Assembly (NCBI GenBank): GCA_024137785.1
Contig: JAHRHZ010000009.1
Span: 13,869,477-13,933,476 of the forward strand
DNA from: Ginglymostoma cirratum
Taxonomy: Eukaryota
Length of the DNA stretch: 64,000 nucleotides
Direction: 5' to 3'
In this document: positions 27,794 to 40,418 of the stretch, one piece after another
Position numbering within the stretch: the first letter of the stretch is position 1
Layout: each line of letters starts with the position of its first letter
The notes under the pieces: generated by a model
The model's database searches: none
Seen by the model: only the letters and a program-made list of their open reading frames with translations
Told to the model about the DNA's origin: nothing
Made by a program: the position numbers and the translations under genes

Positions 27794-27847
27794 GGTCAGA
27801 AAGGAGATCAAGGCCTCCCAGGACCTAGGGGTTTCCCCGGCAGCCCT
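27794..27847 (+). CDS. collagen IV alpha chain exon 14
   Basis: ttttcag|...|gtaagt; 54 nt; [18 protein letters not shown]. Confidence 0.95.
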
Positions 27848-28866
27848 GTAAGTATGAGGATAAATCTGCTTGATTAACCTATAATTAGACTGACACTTTT
27901 GTTTGTGTGCAACAAATGTTTCACTCTTGTTTTTTAGAATTTTTGATCACACTCCTCATATCAACATTAAGCATCATTTTAATCCAAAATTTCCACACAA
28001 ATGACAAAATTTCCACGCTGCTGCTGTCCAGTTTAGGATCAAGGAATTTCCTCCACGATTTTCCAGAATGGAAGAGTGGGTTAATGCATTTGCAAGTTGC
28101 GAGTTTGTTATCCAGAATGCTCAATTGCATACCCCTTGTCTCAAAAAAAATTGATCAATCACTTACTTTGAAACAATGCAAACTTTGTTTTAACTAGCAT
28201 CTTATGAACCAGCTCTCTCAGTAAACCAGGGAAAATTATATACCTCAAATACCACAAATTTACTGTATTTCTCTGTCCAGTTATCGTAGTTCTTTAATTT
28301 ATTTACCTCAATGCAAATATACTCATTGTTCAATCAAATGGCCGCACGAAACATCAAAGATGATTCAATTTTGAGTCAATTTCTCCTGATATACCATCTG
28401 CAGTGTTGGTGTAGTCCGTTGAGGGTGTGAGTGAAAAGGCTGTCTGCTGTTAGTTTTATTTCAGGGGAAGTTGCATTATTATTTAAGTGATTTATGCTGT
28501 AAATAAAATATAAGTAACATGTATATCCCTGCATTACATTTCTATTACTTAGTGTGTAGACCTCTTGATAGTCTGGACCACTCCTAGTCCACTAGGTGCC
28601 GGTTCATAAGAAGTTTCATCAACCTTCCAAAACTTCTGTGTCAAAATTTAAGTTTACCACAATACGCAATATTTCTTGTTGTGGGATGTGAATCCGACCA
28701 CTCAGCAACACACCACAGGCTGAATACTACAGAATATTTAAATTAATTCTTGAAACTAGAAGTCTGTGAAATGAAGCCCCCGAAAGATTAAGGTGCTCCT
28801 TGAGATTCCTGTTAGTGCAAGTTTAGGAATGTAACTAATTTCAAGCGGCTGTTTGTGTTTCAAAAG

Positions 28867-28926
28867 GGTCCTTCGGTTATTGGAATGAAGGGGAATAAAG
28901 GAGAGTTGGGAGAACCAGGGAAACGT
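28867..28926 (+). CDS. collagen IV alpha chain exon 15
   Basis: caaaag|...|gtaagt; 60 nt; GPSVIGMKGNKGELGEPGKR. Confidence 0.9.
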
Positions 28927-29517
28927 GTAAGTAGAAGCAATTGTACTTTTTGTAATTCATTCCTGGAAAGTGAGTGTAACTGCATGTCCAGCATTTAATG
29001 CCCATCCCTAATAATTTGGAGAAGGTGGTGGTGAACTGTTTTCTTGAATTTGATACCACTGAATGACTTGCCAGGTCAGAGGGCAGTGAACAGTCAAACT
29101 CATTGCCGTGAGGCTGGAGTCACATATAAACCCAGACTGAATAAGGATCTTACGATGCCTTTCATAAAGGTCTTCAATGAATGAGTTGGATATTTTGGTA
29201 CCCTCCAACAGTTTTGCGTTCTCTTTGGCTTGCTCCCTGTGAACTCTGCACCACATTGAGTTACAGAACCACACCATAGAGAAGCTGAGCGTAAAAGGGA
29301 TACATTTGTCATGTGGGCACAGGTAGAGGTTAAGCAGGTTTAGAAGGTGCTTCAGATTCTCAAACTTCCTTCCCGATCCTCCCTCTCTTTAATCTCTGCA
29401 GATTGTTGACAAGCTTGCAGAAAGCATTTGCTTCCCGAGAATTGGTGCAAACTGTTTGCTTTTGCCGAGCCTTGTGCAGTTTATACCTAACGCAATGTTG
29501 TTGAACTAATTTCACAG

Positions 29518-29562
29518 GGTAAACCTGGAAAAGATGGTGAACCGGGTCTCCCAGGACGCGAC
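29518..29562 (+). CDS. collagen IV alpha chain exon 16
   Basis: tcacag|...|gtaagt; 45 nt; GKPGKDGEPGLPGRD. Confidence 0.95.
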
Positions 29563-29831
29563 GTAAGTCCTGAACTTAGCCTTTCATTCGCCACCAGTCT
29601 TAGACTGACTGATAACACCTAGATACTGCACTTACTCTAACTGAAACCATTAACCTACACTTAATGACTTGAGCTTTTAAAAATCCTTGCGCCAAGGGAA
29701 ATTATTGTGCTGCCTGTAACTGATAGCATGGTCCTTCCAAGTGGCAGCACGCAGTGAGTCAAGAATTTAATATTCCTGTTGATTCAAGGACTCAGTGTGA
29801 ACCCCTCTCTCAACAGAAATTGGTGCAACAC

Positions 29832-29994
29832 AGTGTGAAGCTGGAGGAACACGGCAAATTCAGAAATTTCTGAAGAAGGGTCCCAACTCGAAACGTCAGC
29901 TTTCCTGCTCCTCTGATGCTGCCTGGCCTGCTGTGTTCCTCCAGCTCCACACTGTGTTATCTCTGACTCCACCATCTGCAGTTCTTACTATCTC
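29832..29994 (+). mobile_element. partly palindromic Penelope-terminus element
   Basis: CTGAAGA...CGAAACGTC at 29870-29897; short inverted 5' arm; TSD ttggtg(c/t)aacac at 29820-29831 and 29995-30006. Confidence 0.75.
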
Positions 29995-30290
29995 TTGGTG
30001 TAACACTACATTATTCTGAAGGATCTGGCCATTGTTGGTGGCTATTTAAGAGGGAGTTAACCAGGAGCTGTACAAGCCATCCACAGGAAGCTATGTAACA
30101 CGTTCTGAGAGGCACCCAGAGTGCTGCTGACACACTCCGACGGCAAGTGGTATCTGTGCTGACTGAATTCATCTGTCAAAAGTTAGAGTTCAAGAGAGAA
30201 TTAGACATAATGACAGGAGAATGGCCAGTTAGAGCAGGAAGGTTGCGAATGTTTGGAATTGTCTATCAGACAGCCAGCATAATCCTGTGA

Positions 30291-30491
30291 GATAGTAGGA
30301 ACTGCCGATGCTGGAGTCTGAGATAACAGCAGTGTGGAGCTGGAGGAACACAGCAGGCCAGGCAGCATCAAAGGAGCAGGAATGCTGATGTTTTGGGTCT
30401 GAAGAAGGATCCAGATCTGAAACGTCAGCTTTCCTGCTCCTCTGATGCTGCCTGGCCTGCTGTGTTCATCCAGCTCTACACCTCGTTATCT
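30291..30491. mobile_element. palindromic Penelope-terminus element
   Basis: Two inverted copies of the Penelope terminus; TSD cagca(t/c)aat(c/g)ctgtga at 30275-30290 and 30492-30507. Confidence 0.8.
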
Positions 30492-30630
30492 CAGCACAAT
30501 GCTGTGACCCCTTCAGATTGTATTTGAATGTCAACTGAGAGAAGACAATTTTAAAGATGTTTTTGGAGCTTTAAATACCAAGCGTTGGTGAAAACTGAGA
30601 AAATTACTCTTGTTTTGTTTTATTTTATAG

Positions 30631-30684
30631 GGTCAGCGAGGTGACCCAGGATATCCAGGTCTCCCAGGACAGGATGGTCCCAAG
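30631..30684 (+). CDS. collagen IV alpha chain exon 17
   Basis: ttatag|...|gtaaaa; 54 nt; [18 protein letters not shown]. Confidence 0.95.
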
Positions 30685-31149
30685 GTAAAAAGGTCTATTT
30701 CGTCGATTTGCCTGGATGGGTGGAAAGAGGGAATGGAAGGGTGTTGGAAGGTATGATGAAGGGAGGATTGGGGAAGGGAACTCAGGTCCGCTGGGTGGAG
30801 GAAAGAAAGGATATATAGGCTCTTTATAATGAGCATTCAGTGCTGTAGAACATAACAAAGAATTTCCACGTCAGTTTGACAAATTTTCGACCACAGCAAC
30901 CCTGGTCCTGCCGATCGCTCTCAACGTCAGGTCTTTCTTCTCGATATGACACCCCCTTCCTACCTTGTCACTTTCCCATTCATTGATGTGCCAGGGCTGA
31001 TGGCTCATAGTGTGAGCTACTGCTTTCTGATCCAGCCTTCCCTCTCCTCTCCTCTCCTCTTCTCTCGGTGATGATGTAGGTGGTTGATGGCGACCTCTTC
31101 TCCTGAGACCCCACAATTTGACCCGATATTTTCTCCCTGGATGCTGCAT

Positions 31150-31575
31150 GAGTGACTGTGACAGAGATGGGAGTGTCAGAGCGAGAATGACAGAGTAAGA
31201 GTACAGAGTGAGTGTGACAGAGTGATGGAGTGAGGGTGACAGAGTGACAGAGTGAGAGTGATGGAGTGACGGAGTGAGAGTGACAGAGTGAGCATGATGG
31301 AGTGACAGAGTGACAGTGACAGAGTGATGGAGTGAGAGTGACGGAGTGAGATTGACAGAGTGAAGGAGTGAGAGTGACAGAGTGAGAGTGACAGAGTGAT
31401 GGAGTGAGAGTGTCGGAGTGATGGAGTGAGAGTGACAGAGTGACAGTGACAGAGTGACGGAGTGAGAGTGACAGAGTGACAGAGTGAGCGTGATGGAGTG
31501 ACAGAGTGTCAGTGACATAATGAGATAACAGAGTGAGAGTGACGGAGTGAGAGTGATGGAGTGAAAGTGACAAGA
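31150..31575. repeat. compound GA/GT-rich simple repeat (gtgacagagtga/gatgga units)
   Basis: Direct repeats; source of the long His/Ser/Leu ORFs on the minus strand. Confidence 0.9.
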
Positions 31576-33034
31576 GATGATAGGGAGAGAGACTTCTAAG
31601 ACTGGACATGAAGCACATAAAAGCACATGCACACTTACCAACTTACATACTACACAATGTGGACACATGCCTTTTCCACCGAATCCTCCCTCTCAAAATT
31701 GATCCAGATGTTGTGCCAGAAGAAGAGGAACACTAGACTAAAAGCCCACTCACTTCTAATCCTTTTACCTTCATACCAATTCCACAGAGGTCAGTTTGGA
31801 ATTTGTGCCACCATAAAAATTGAACTGAACTCCTCTGCTTTGTCCCAGTTCCCTTCCTTTCCTGGTGACCAGGATTTAGGATATGGTCTGTCTCTTTATC
31901 TCTGCTTCTTAAGTGAAAATATGGAAAAAAAGAGATGTTTTATCAATTCTGCCGCTTGGCACTTTTTAAAGGTTGTTTTTTCGCATCAGTCAAAACATCA
32001 GTTTATTACTTTAACATTTATTTTTGTTTTTGCTTAGCAAGTTTTTTGTTCTCTCTGTTTTCTCCGCACCTTAATTTTCTCTTTTGAAATTAATGCTTAA
32101 TTTGAGCTGACCAGATCTCAGGCAGCTGATGATGGGGTTCTTGCTAAAGGAGAACGAGAGGCTCAAATGAAGTCTGATTCCTTTTCTGGAAGGCTGGGGA
32201 AAGGGGTAATGTTTGCTCCAGTAGAAATAGGAAGCTTTGGCAATGGTCAGTAAGTCTGGCAGGCTCACTGCAGAGAGAGGTAGAGGTTAGTAAATCATCA
32301 TCAGAACTAGTGCATATTGCAGAATTGAAGCATTTACCCTGTTTCCTAGTCAGAGATGCTGCCTGACAGAGTGAGTGCTTCCAATGTTTTCTTGTGATAT
32401 TTCTGATTTTCACTATCTGCGGTATCTCGCTGTTTTGTAATGCCCTCTATGCTGGGCATTTGTAAGGTTAATTAATTTAAATTTAAACGTGAAAATAGTT
32501 ACTACCCAATCCAAAATGTTAATTTTACGACTGAAAAAAAAAAGATCTTTGGACGTTGCTCTCTGGATATTGCATAAAGTCAAGTACAAAGAAATGGAGT
32601 AGGTTGCATAACATGAATGACCAAGTTGTGTGTGATTATCTGATAAAGCCATGGGTTGCAATTTGTATCAGACTGAAGTCGAAGATTTTATAAATCAAGG
32701 AATCAAGGCCAAGTTGATAAATTGTAAGTGTGTTTCTGAATTCTGGGCAGCTACAAGATGGAGGGGTAAAGTTGTGGTCAGTTTGTAGGGAGGTGGTGAA
32801 GAAGGGGGATGGAAATAGTAGAAACACCAGGGACTATCATTTCTCTCCCTGGCCCTAGGTGCAGGAGAGGAGAGATTCTAACATTGATCATTCACAGAAA
32901 ATTACCATTTCAAGCATCTGGATCTTAAAATCAACATCTAAATGTCCACCCTATCAATGAATTAACTTCCATTCTTTTGTCTGGATTTGTGCAACTTTGA
33001 AAATGACAGATATGTGTGTTTGTCTTTCCTCTAG

Positions 33035-33076
33035 GGAGAGAAAGGCAATCGTGGCATTGAGGGTCCTCCAGGTGTT
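33035..33076 (+). CDS. collagen IV alpha chain exon 18
   Basis: ctctag|...|gtaagt; 42 nt; GEKGNRGIEGPPGV. Confidence 0.95.
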
Positions 33077-34031
33077 GTAAGTATCTGAAAAGGACATAAT
33101 GAAATGCTGTATATTAACACAGTGCATTGGAACTTGTTCTTTAAAATTGTGCAGATTTCTAATTGCAAAAATATAAAAGGGGAATTTTAACCACAAGTGG
33201 GGGGGGGGGGGGGTTGTGGGGGGAGGTGGCAGGAGAGGGTGGAAGGGGCTAAAATGCTAAAGAGAACAGAATCCAGATGCAAACACATCCTGTTCTAGTT
33301 TGAACAAAGGTGGGTTAGTGGCCAGGCAACCAATAAACACCCAGGAGGCAGGTTATCACCTTAAATGGGTTACTGAGATTGTGAAACACACAGTTATTCA
33401 GATTGCTGAAACTGGACGGGAATTCCCAGACCGGGAGAAAGCCAACAGCTAAACCCAGATGAGCACTGGGTGATACATGAGGTTATTGTCTTTTCATTTG
33501 CCTCCTATGAACTGACCTGAGAGATTTCTTGATCAGGACACCCCTCTCCCCACTGCTGGGGACCCTACTCATCTTGATTCCTCCCCTCACCACACCTCAA
33601 CTCACTGGATGGAGTCTCAGAGCCAATTCACCACTTGAGGCCTCTGCAANNNNNNNNNNNNNNNNNNNNNNNNNNNNNNNNNNNNNNNNNNNNNNNNNNN
33701 NNNNNNNNNNNNNNNNNNNNNNNNNNNNNNNNNNNNNNNNNNNNNNNNNNNNNNNNNNNNNNNNNNNNNNNNNNNNNNNNNNNNNNNNNNNNNNNNNNNN
33801 NNNNNNNNNNNNNNNNNNNNNNNNNNNNNNNNNNNNNNNNNNNNNNNNNNNNNNNNNNNNNNNNNNNNCGTACACAAACACACACAGACACAGACACACA
33901 CACACAAACACACAAAAAAAACCCATGGTAAAACTGAATAACTTCAGCAAAGACAGTCTGCCTAGTACACTGACTCCACCATCCACACTGACAGGAATTA
34001 CTATTCGCTAACCATTGCTTTTCTATCCCAG

Positions 34032-34125
34032 ATTATAGATGCAGCTGGAAACGTTATTTATGGGACCAGAGGAAATCCTGGTGACCCAGGTCCACCCGGG
34101 ATACAAGGTGAACGAGGTCCTCCAG
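34032..34125 (+). CDS. collagen IV alpha chain exon 19
   Basis: tcccag|...|gtatgg; 94 nt, ends phase 1; IIDAAGNVIYGTRGNPGDPGPPGIQGERGPP(G). Confidence 0.92.
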
Positions 34126-34233
34126 GTATGGCACCTTATTAACTATAATTGGCTACACTCAATAGGACTCAATTGAGAATTCATTGAAAAATTATCAACG
34201 CGATTAAAACATTTGCATCTTTCCATCCTCCAG

Positions 34234-34269
34234 GCCCCCCAGGACTTGCTGGAGAACCAGGCCCTCCAG
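34234..34269 (+). CDS. collagen IV alpha chain exon 20
   Basis: ctccag|...|gtaaag; 36 nt; (G)PPGLAGEPGPP(G). Confidence 0.93.
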
Positions 34270-34437
34270 GTAAAGGAGTGTGAAGCTTTGAGGTAGAACA
34301 GTGATGCTACAGGCCTAGATCCAAATAGGCTGATTATAAAATCAATTTAGCTGAGAGGCTTTGCAGAGTCATCTTGAAGATTGAGACAAAGTGTAGATCT
34401 TCCGGTGCCACAGACCTGGTGACAAATCTCACAAATG

Positions 34438-34860
34438 GGGTACAGGTACACCTGAGATTATATACCTGCAATACAGGTACACCTGAGATTATACACNNNN
34501 NNNNNNCACCTGAGATTATACACAGGGGTACAGGTACACCTGAGATTATACACAGGAGTACAGGTACACCGAAAATTAATTACCAGGGGTACAGGTACAC
34601 CTGAGAATATACACCAGGGGTAAAGGTACACCTAAAATTAAATACCAGGAATACAGGTACACCTGAGATTATATACCTGCAATACAGGTACACCTGAGAT
34701 TATACACCAGGGGTACAGGTACACCTGAGATTGTACACAGGAGTACAGGTACACCTGAGATTATANNNNNNNNNNGTACACCTGAGATTGTACACAGGAG
34801 TACAGGTACACCTGAGATTATACACCAGGGGTACAGGTACACCTACAAGCATACACCTGG
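34438..34860. repeat. 30-31-bp minisatellite (gtacaggtacacctgagattatacacaggg)
   Basis: About 13 tandem units with small gaps. Confidence 0.95.
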
Positions 34861-35202
34861 AGTTGAGGTACAAGTGGGATAATACAAATCAGTTAGAGAT
34901 GGGTAACAAAAGCTTGCCTTATGAGTGATGCCTGCATCCCATCAAAGAATAAAAGAAAACTAAGGTCCAAATATGGTGAGGGTGCCATATTGAGTTAGAA
35001 CACAAATGTTTGACTTTTAGCCAATCCTAAAAGAGGCATTTGATTCTTTCTCATGTGCAAATAACGAAGCTAACGTGCCCTCAGGTTCCCTGTTTGCAAC
35101 TCTGACCAGTTTCTTGGCCTTTGTTTCAGGTTCTAGATGTTTTTCGATCCTCAAGTGGCCTTGCAATCAGATTAATTTGATTTGATTTTGCCCACCATCT
35201 AG

Positions 35203-35358
35203 GTCTTTCGCTGCAAGGTGAGAAAGGTCTCCCAGGGTTCACAGGTGAACGAGGTCAGAAAGGAGACAAGGGTGATCCTGGATTATCGCTGTCAGGTTTA
35301 CCAGGAAAGGATGGTTCAAGGGGTCCCCCTGGGCCCCCCGGACCCCCAGGACCTGCAG
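35203..35358 (+). CDS. collagen IV alpha chain exon 21
   Basis: atctag|...|gtatgt; 156 nt; (G)[51 protein letters not shown]. Confidence 0.92.
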
Positions 35359-35896
35359 GTATGTTGATGACTGGACTGGGGCTACTGAGTATCCCTGGAC
35401 TGAGCCCTGCATTGTACATTCAGGACAGTGAATGTATTCACACAAACCTTCTGGTACAGTTAACGTGAGAGAACAGTGACATACTCCTGTGTATGGGCAA
35501 ACTTTAATGTGTCCGAAATGAGATACGGCAAACAAATGAGCCGAACCAAACCCTCCCTCCATCTCGGAACCGCCCACTGAGCTTATTGACAATTTCATTC
35601 AGTGGCTTCCAATCACAGACTGCAATGATCCACAAAGAAGACCCACCACTTTCGCAAAGCACTCAGCACATGCAAGCATACATCAAGGTACACATTCTGT
35701 GAATAAATAATATAATCGCTTGCTGTCACACAGCACCCTTAATTTACACAGACAAATATCCTTGTCGAGTGTGAAACCGGACTTGTGAATCTCCTCACGC
35801 TGAATATTTAATTGGTAGAAAGACGTTGAAGTAGCGCACTCACGTCTGACCTGGACCACATTCTCATTGTGCTGTTATGTAATAAATCACACCAGG

Positions 35897-37113
35897 GGAG
35901 TACTGAGGGAGTGCTACACTGTCAGAGGGTCAGTACTGAGGGAGGGCTGCACTGTCAGAGGGTCAGTACTGAGGGAGGGCTGCACTGTCAGAGGGTCAGG
36001 ACTGAGGGAGCGCTGCACTGTCAGAGGGTCAGTGCTGAGGGAGGGCTGCACTGTCAGAGGGTCAGTACTGAGGGAGCGCTGCACTGTCAGAGGGTCAGTA
36101 CTGAGGGAGCATGGCACTGTCAGAGGGTCAGTACTGAGGGAGCGCTGCACTGTCAGACGGTCAGTGCTGAGGGAGCGCTGCACTGTCAGAGGGTGAGTAC
36201 TGAGGGAGCGCTGNNNNNNNNNNNNNNNNNNNNNNNNNNNNNNNNNNNNNNNNNNNNNNNNNNNNNNNNNNNNNNNNNNNNNNNNNNNNNNNNNNNNNNN
36301 NNNNNNNNNNNNNAGTGCTGAGGGAGCGCTGCACTGTCAGAGGGTCAGTACTGAGGGGGCACGGCACTGTCAGAGTGTCAGTACTGAGGGAGCGCTGCAC
36401 TGTCAGAGGGTCAGTACTGAGGGAGCGCTGCACTGACAGAGGGTCAGTACTGAGGGAGTGCTGCACTTCAGAGGGTCAGTGCTGAGGGAGCACGGCACTG
36501 TCAGAGGGTCAGTGCTGCGGGAGCGCTGCACTTCAGAGGGTCCGTGCTGAGGGAGCGCTGCACTGTCAGAGAGTCAGTACTGAGGGAGCACCGCACTGTC
36601 AGAGGGTCAGTACCGAGGGAGCACTGCACTGTCAGAGGGTCAGTACTGAGGGAACGCTGCACTGTCAGAGGGTCAGTACTGAGGAAACACAGCACTGTCA
36701 GAGGGTCAGTACTGAGGGAGCACAGCACTGTGAGAGGGTCAGTTCCAAGGGAGCACTGCACTGTCAGAGGGTCAGTACCGAGGGAGCGTTGCACTGTCAG
36801 AGAGTCAGTACTGAGGGAGTGCTGCACTGTCAGAGGGTCAGTACTGAGGGAGCACTGCACTGTCAAAGGGTCAGTACTGAGGGAGTGCTGCACTGCCAGA
36901 GGGTCAGTACTGAAGGAGCGCTGCACTGTCAGAGGGTCAGTACTGAGGGAGCGCTACACTGTCAGAGGGTCTGTACTGAGGGAATGCCGCACTGTCAGAG
37001 GGTCAGTACTGAGGGAGCGCTACACTGTCAGAGGGTCTGTACTGAGGGAATGCCGCACTGTCAGAGGGTCAGTACTGATGGAGTACGGCACTGTCAGAGG
37101 GTCAGTACTGAGG
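35897..37113. repeat. 33-bp minisatellite cagtactgagggagcgctgcactgtcagagggt
   Basis: More than 30 tandem units; gives the [11 protein letters not shown] ORFs. Confidence 0.97.
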
Positions 37114-37166
37114 TAATACTGGAGATTTTCAGCCATTTCTAATTGTCTACTCTCATGTTGTTTCAG

Positions 37167-37250
37167 TGTCTTTTGAGAATTGTCGAAGTTTTCCGGGGCT
37201 GCCTGGACCTGTTGGACCACCAGGTTTCCCAGGAGAGGCTGGACTGAAAG
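37167..37250 (+). CDS. collagen IV alpha chain exon 22
   Basis: tttcag|...|gtcagc; 84 nt; (V)SFENCRSFPGLPGPVGPPGFPGEAGLK(G). Confidence 0.9.
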
Positions 37251-38458
37251 GTCAGCTTACATTCGGAGATATTGATGATGCAGAATTGACCATTGGTATC
37301 GAGCATGCAGGAATGAATCTGCTCTGTTCCACAATTTCTCAGCAGATTCACCCTTTGCCAGCATACATAGAATCTTCTTAGCTTGACTGCTTCTTGCTAA
37401 AATCTACCCTGTAGAACCTTTCAGCACAGACAGCTGAGGCCTGAAAGCAGCCTGAGCTTTTCAATCTGCTGGGCCTCCTGCCTGTGTGGGCCTCCCACCG
37501 TCACTGGAGAAGTATTTGGGTGGCGGGGATGCGGAGAAGTGGGTGTGGGGGAGGGGCCTGTGGGAGCAGTGGTGGTTGGGGCATGGGGGTGATGGAGATG
37601 ACACCATTACCAGCTTGTTAAGGATTACAGTGTTGGGCTTCTCCCTTAAAATATCAGACAGGTTGAACGTAGATAGTCAGGGAGCAGGAAGGCCGCCCAT
37701 TGCATTTAACATGCCCCTCTGCCTTCAGACCCACTGGCAATGGGTGGGCTGGCCAAACCCAAACATTGGTAGAGGTTTGGAGCTCTCTCCTGCATATGTA
37801 GATTGATGCTGGGTCATTGGTTCATTTTAAATTGGAGATTGGTGAATTTTTTGTTTACCAAAGGGGATGTGGAGTTCCTCTAGGACATCGTTGACTGTCA
37901 GGTGAGATTTCACAGGCTGATTAGCCTCATCCTGTCCATTAGTTCCACGTCCCATTTTTCCACCAACTCGGGGAAAAAACTGTCCCCAGTCATGGATCAT
38001 CCTGCCACCGGCTCGACAGTTTCTCCCTGTTTGCTCCGTCAAAATCCGTCATAATTGCGAATGCCTCAGTTAAATCTTCTCCTTAGCCTTCTCTACTCAA
38101 AGAACAACAATGCCGGTTTCTCCAGTCTCCCTGTGCAATTGGGGTAGCTCGTTTCAAAGATTGTGAAGATTGAAGCTATAAAGAGCTGAGACTCTCTGAT
38201 AACAATGTTTTAAGATGCAGTGAGGAACTGGAAAAGAGCAGAACGATCTAGGGGCCCTTGTAGAAAATAAAACCTAGTGGACTGCAAAAAGAAAAAGAAA
38301 AAGAAAAGAAAATGTTAATGGAAAATTTGCCTTTAACTAAAAGTGGCTGGAATACAAAGCAGTAGAAGTTAAATTTGATTTAATTGGGGTTTTAGTTAGA
38401 CTCCACTTGAAGTAACGTGTTCAGCTCAGGATATCAACAAAGGTAAATTGGTCACAAA

Positions 38459-38752
38459 GGGTAGCATGATGGCTCAGTGGTTAGCACTGCTGCCTCCCAA
38501 CACTGGGGACCTGGGTTCAATTCCACCCTTGGGTGACTGTGTGTGTATGTTCTCCCTGTGTCTACATGATTTCCTCCCATAGTCCAAAGGTCTGCAGGTT
38601 AGGTGAATTGGCCATGCTAAATTGCCCCTAGCGTGCAGGCTAGGTGGATAAGCCTGGGAAAATGTAGGGTTGCAGGGGTGTCATTTGGGTGGGATGCTGT
38701 GTTGGTGTGGTCTCAGTGGGCCAAATGACAAGCTTCCAAATTGTAGGGATTT
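38459..38752 (+). mobile_element. HE1-like SINE
   Basis: tggctcagtggttagcactgctgcctc...gggttcaattcc A/B boxes. Confidence 0.85.
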
Positions 38753-39315
38753 TTCAAGTGCTTACCTCCAACAGAGTGTTTTTACCTGGTGGCAAAATTT
38801 ATATAATTTCTTGTGACCAACGAATCTGTGTGTGAATATTGTGGTATTGCAGAGTCCAGCAGATATTTATTACAAACAACTGTTACATCCAAAAATTACA
38901 TTCCTAAAGCACATAAGTGTCTGGGCTGGCATTCAGCTGTTATTTTTACAACAAGGAGGGTGTATTTCCAGTAGACTGTTGTGCTTCAAGGTGATCGAAG
39001 ATGTGGTGGACAATGAGACTTCTGTCCCCTCAGGCCACATGCTTAGATATGGTGGCGATATCATAAGCATGCCTCTTAAAGACACACTGACTGTGAGACA
39101 TAACACAATAAAGAATGATGCTGGGGCTGAAATTGTTAAAGGATGAAGACAGGATCCATAGCTGAGGCTTGTTCTCCTCTAGAAGTTTAAAGGATGAGGA
39201 GATTAAGATGATTAAAGAAATTGATGTGGGAGATAGAGAGAAATGGTTGGGGGTGGGGAAATACAGAAGAATGGGGCTGACCCTTAGAATTAAGAGCCAA
39301 AGCATTCAGGGTGAT

Positions 39316-40068
39316 AAGAGATAAAAGGTACTGCAGATGCTGGAGAATCCGAGATAACAAGCATGGGGCTGGATGAACACAGCAGGTCAAGCAGCATCAT
39401 AGGAGCAGGAAAACTTGACGTTTCAGGCCTAAACCCTTCATCAGAAATGGGGGAGGGGAAGACGGTTCTGAAATAAATAGGGAGAGAGGAGGAGGCGGAT
39501 AGAGGATGGATAGAGGAGAGGATAGGTGGAGAGGAGGCAGACAAGTCGAAGAGGCGGGGATGGAGCCAGTAAAGGTGAGTGTAGGTAGGGGGTTAGGGAG
39601 GAGATAGGTCAGTCCAGGGAGGACGGACAGGTCAAGGGGGCAGGATGATGTTGGTAGATAGGAGATGGGGGCGGGGCTTGAGGTGGGAGGAGGGGATAGG
39701 TGAGAGGAAAAACAGGTTAAGGAGGTGGAGGTGAGCTGGGCTGGTTTTGGGATGCGGTTGGGGGAGGGGAGATTTTGAAGCTTGTGAAATCCACATTGGT
39801 ACCATTGGGCTGCAGGGTTCCCAGGCTGAATATGATTTGCTGTTCCTGCAGCCTTTGGGTGGCATCACTGTGGCATTGCAGGAGGCCCAGGATGGACATG
39901 TCGTCTGAGGAATGGGAGGGGGAGTTGAAATGGTTCGCGACTGGGAGGTGCAGTTGTTTGTTGCGAACTGAGCGCAGGTGTTCTGCAAAGCGGTCCCCAA
40001 GCCTCCGCTTGGTTTCCCCGATGTAGAGGAAGCCACAACGGGTACAGCGGATGCAGCATACCACATTG
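39316..40068 (-). mobile_element. 5'-truncated Penelope-like retroelement (GIY-YIG endonuclease, 3' UTR, hammerhead motif)
   Basis: ORF VCCIRCTRCGFLYIGETKRRLGDRFAEH...HFN...LGTLQPNG is a GIY-YIG domain; 14-bp TSD gcattcagggtgat at 39302-39315 and 40069-40082. Confidence 0.92.
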
Positions 40069-40334
40069 GCATTCAGGGTGATGGTCTTTTAAGTACAAAG
40101 GAGAGTGGAACTACGTTCTCAGCTGCCGCAATAAAAATTTCAGAAATGAGGATGGTAGATTCTTGTCCGGGAGGGGAGTAAAAGGTGTGGAACCGAGACA
40201 AGTGGATAGAGTTAAGGTATAAACTAGTCTTGATCAAATTAGTAGTTGAATGTGACTTAATGAGGTTCATGGCCTCCTCCAGCAAGAGCCAAAATAACCT
40301 GCAAGGCCTTTTAACAGTCTGGATTTTCTTACAG

Positions 40335-40418
40335 GTGCCAAGGGTGATACCTGTTTCCACTGTAACTTCACCGCTCTACCCGGACCACAGGGACCTCCAG
40401 GACCTCCCGGAAGGACAG
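40335..40418 (+). CDS. collagen IV alpha chain exon 23 (CxxC interruption)
   Basis: ttacag|...|gtgagt; 84 nt; (G)[27 protein letters not shown](G). Confidence 0.95.

Noticed and set aside
31068-31106. Possible C/D box snoRNA (GTGATGA...CTGA)
   Set aside because: Only 28 nt between the boxes and no convincing terminal stem or C'/D' boxes.
30871-31668. 265-aa and 212-aa minus-strand ORFs
   Set aside because: Driven by a simple GA/GT repeat; low complexity.
33198-33250. G-run / G-quadruplex downstream of exon 18
   Set aside because: Poly-G tracts are common and error-prone in assemblies; nothing indicates function.
35897-37113. CRISPR-like array or repetitive Cys-rich protein ([11 protein letters not shown])n
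   Set aside because: Units are head-to-tail without unique spacers, the context is a vertebrate intron, and the ORFs are by-products of a stop-free 33-bp repeat.
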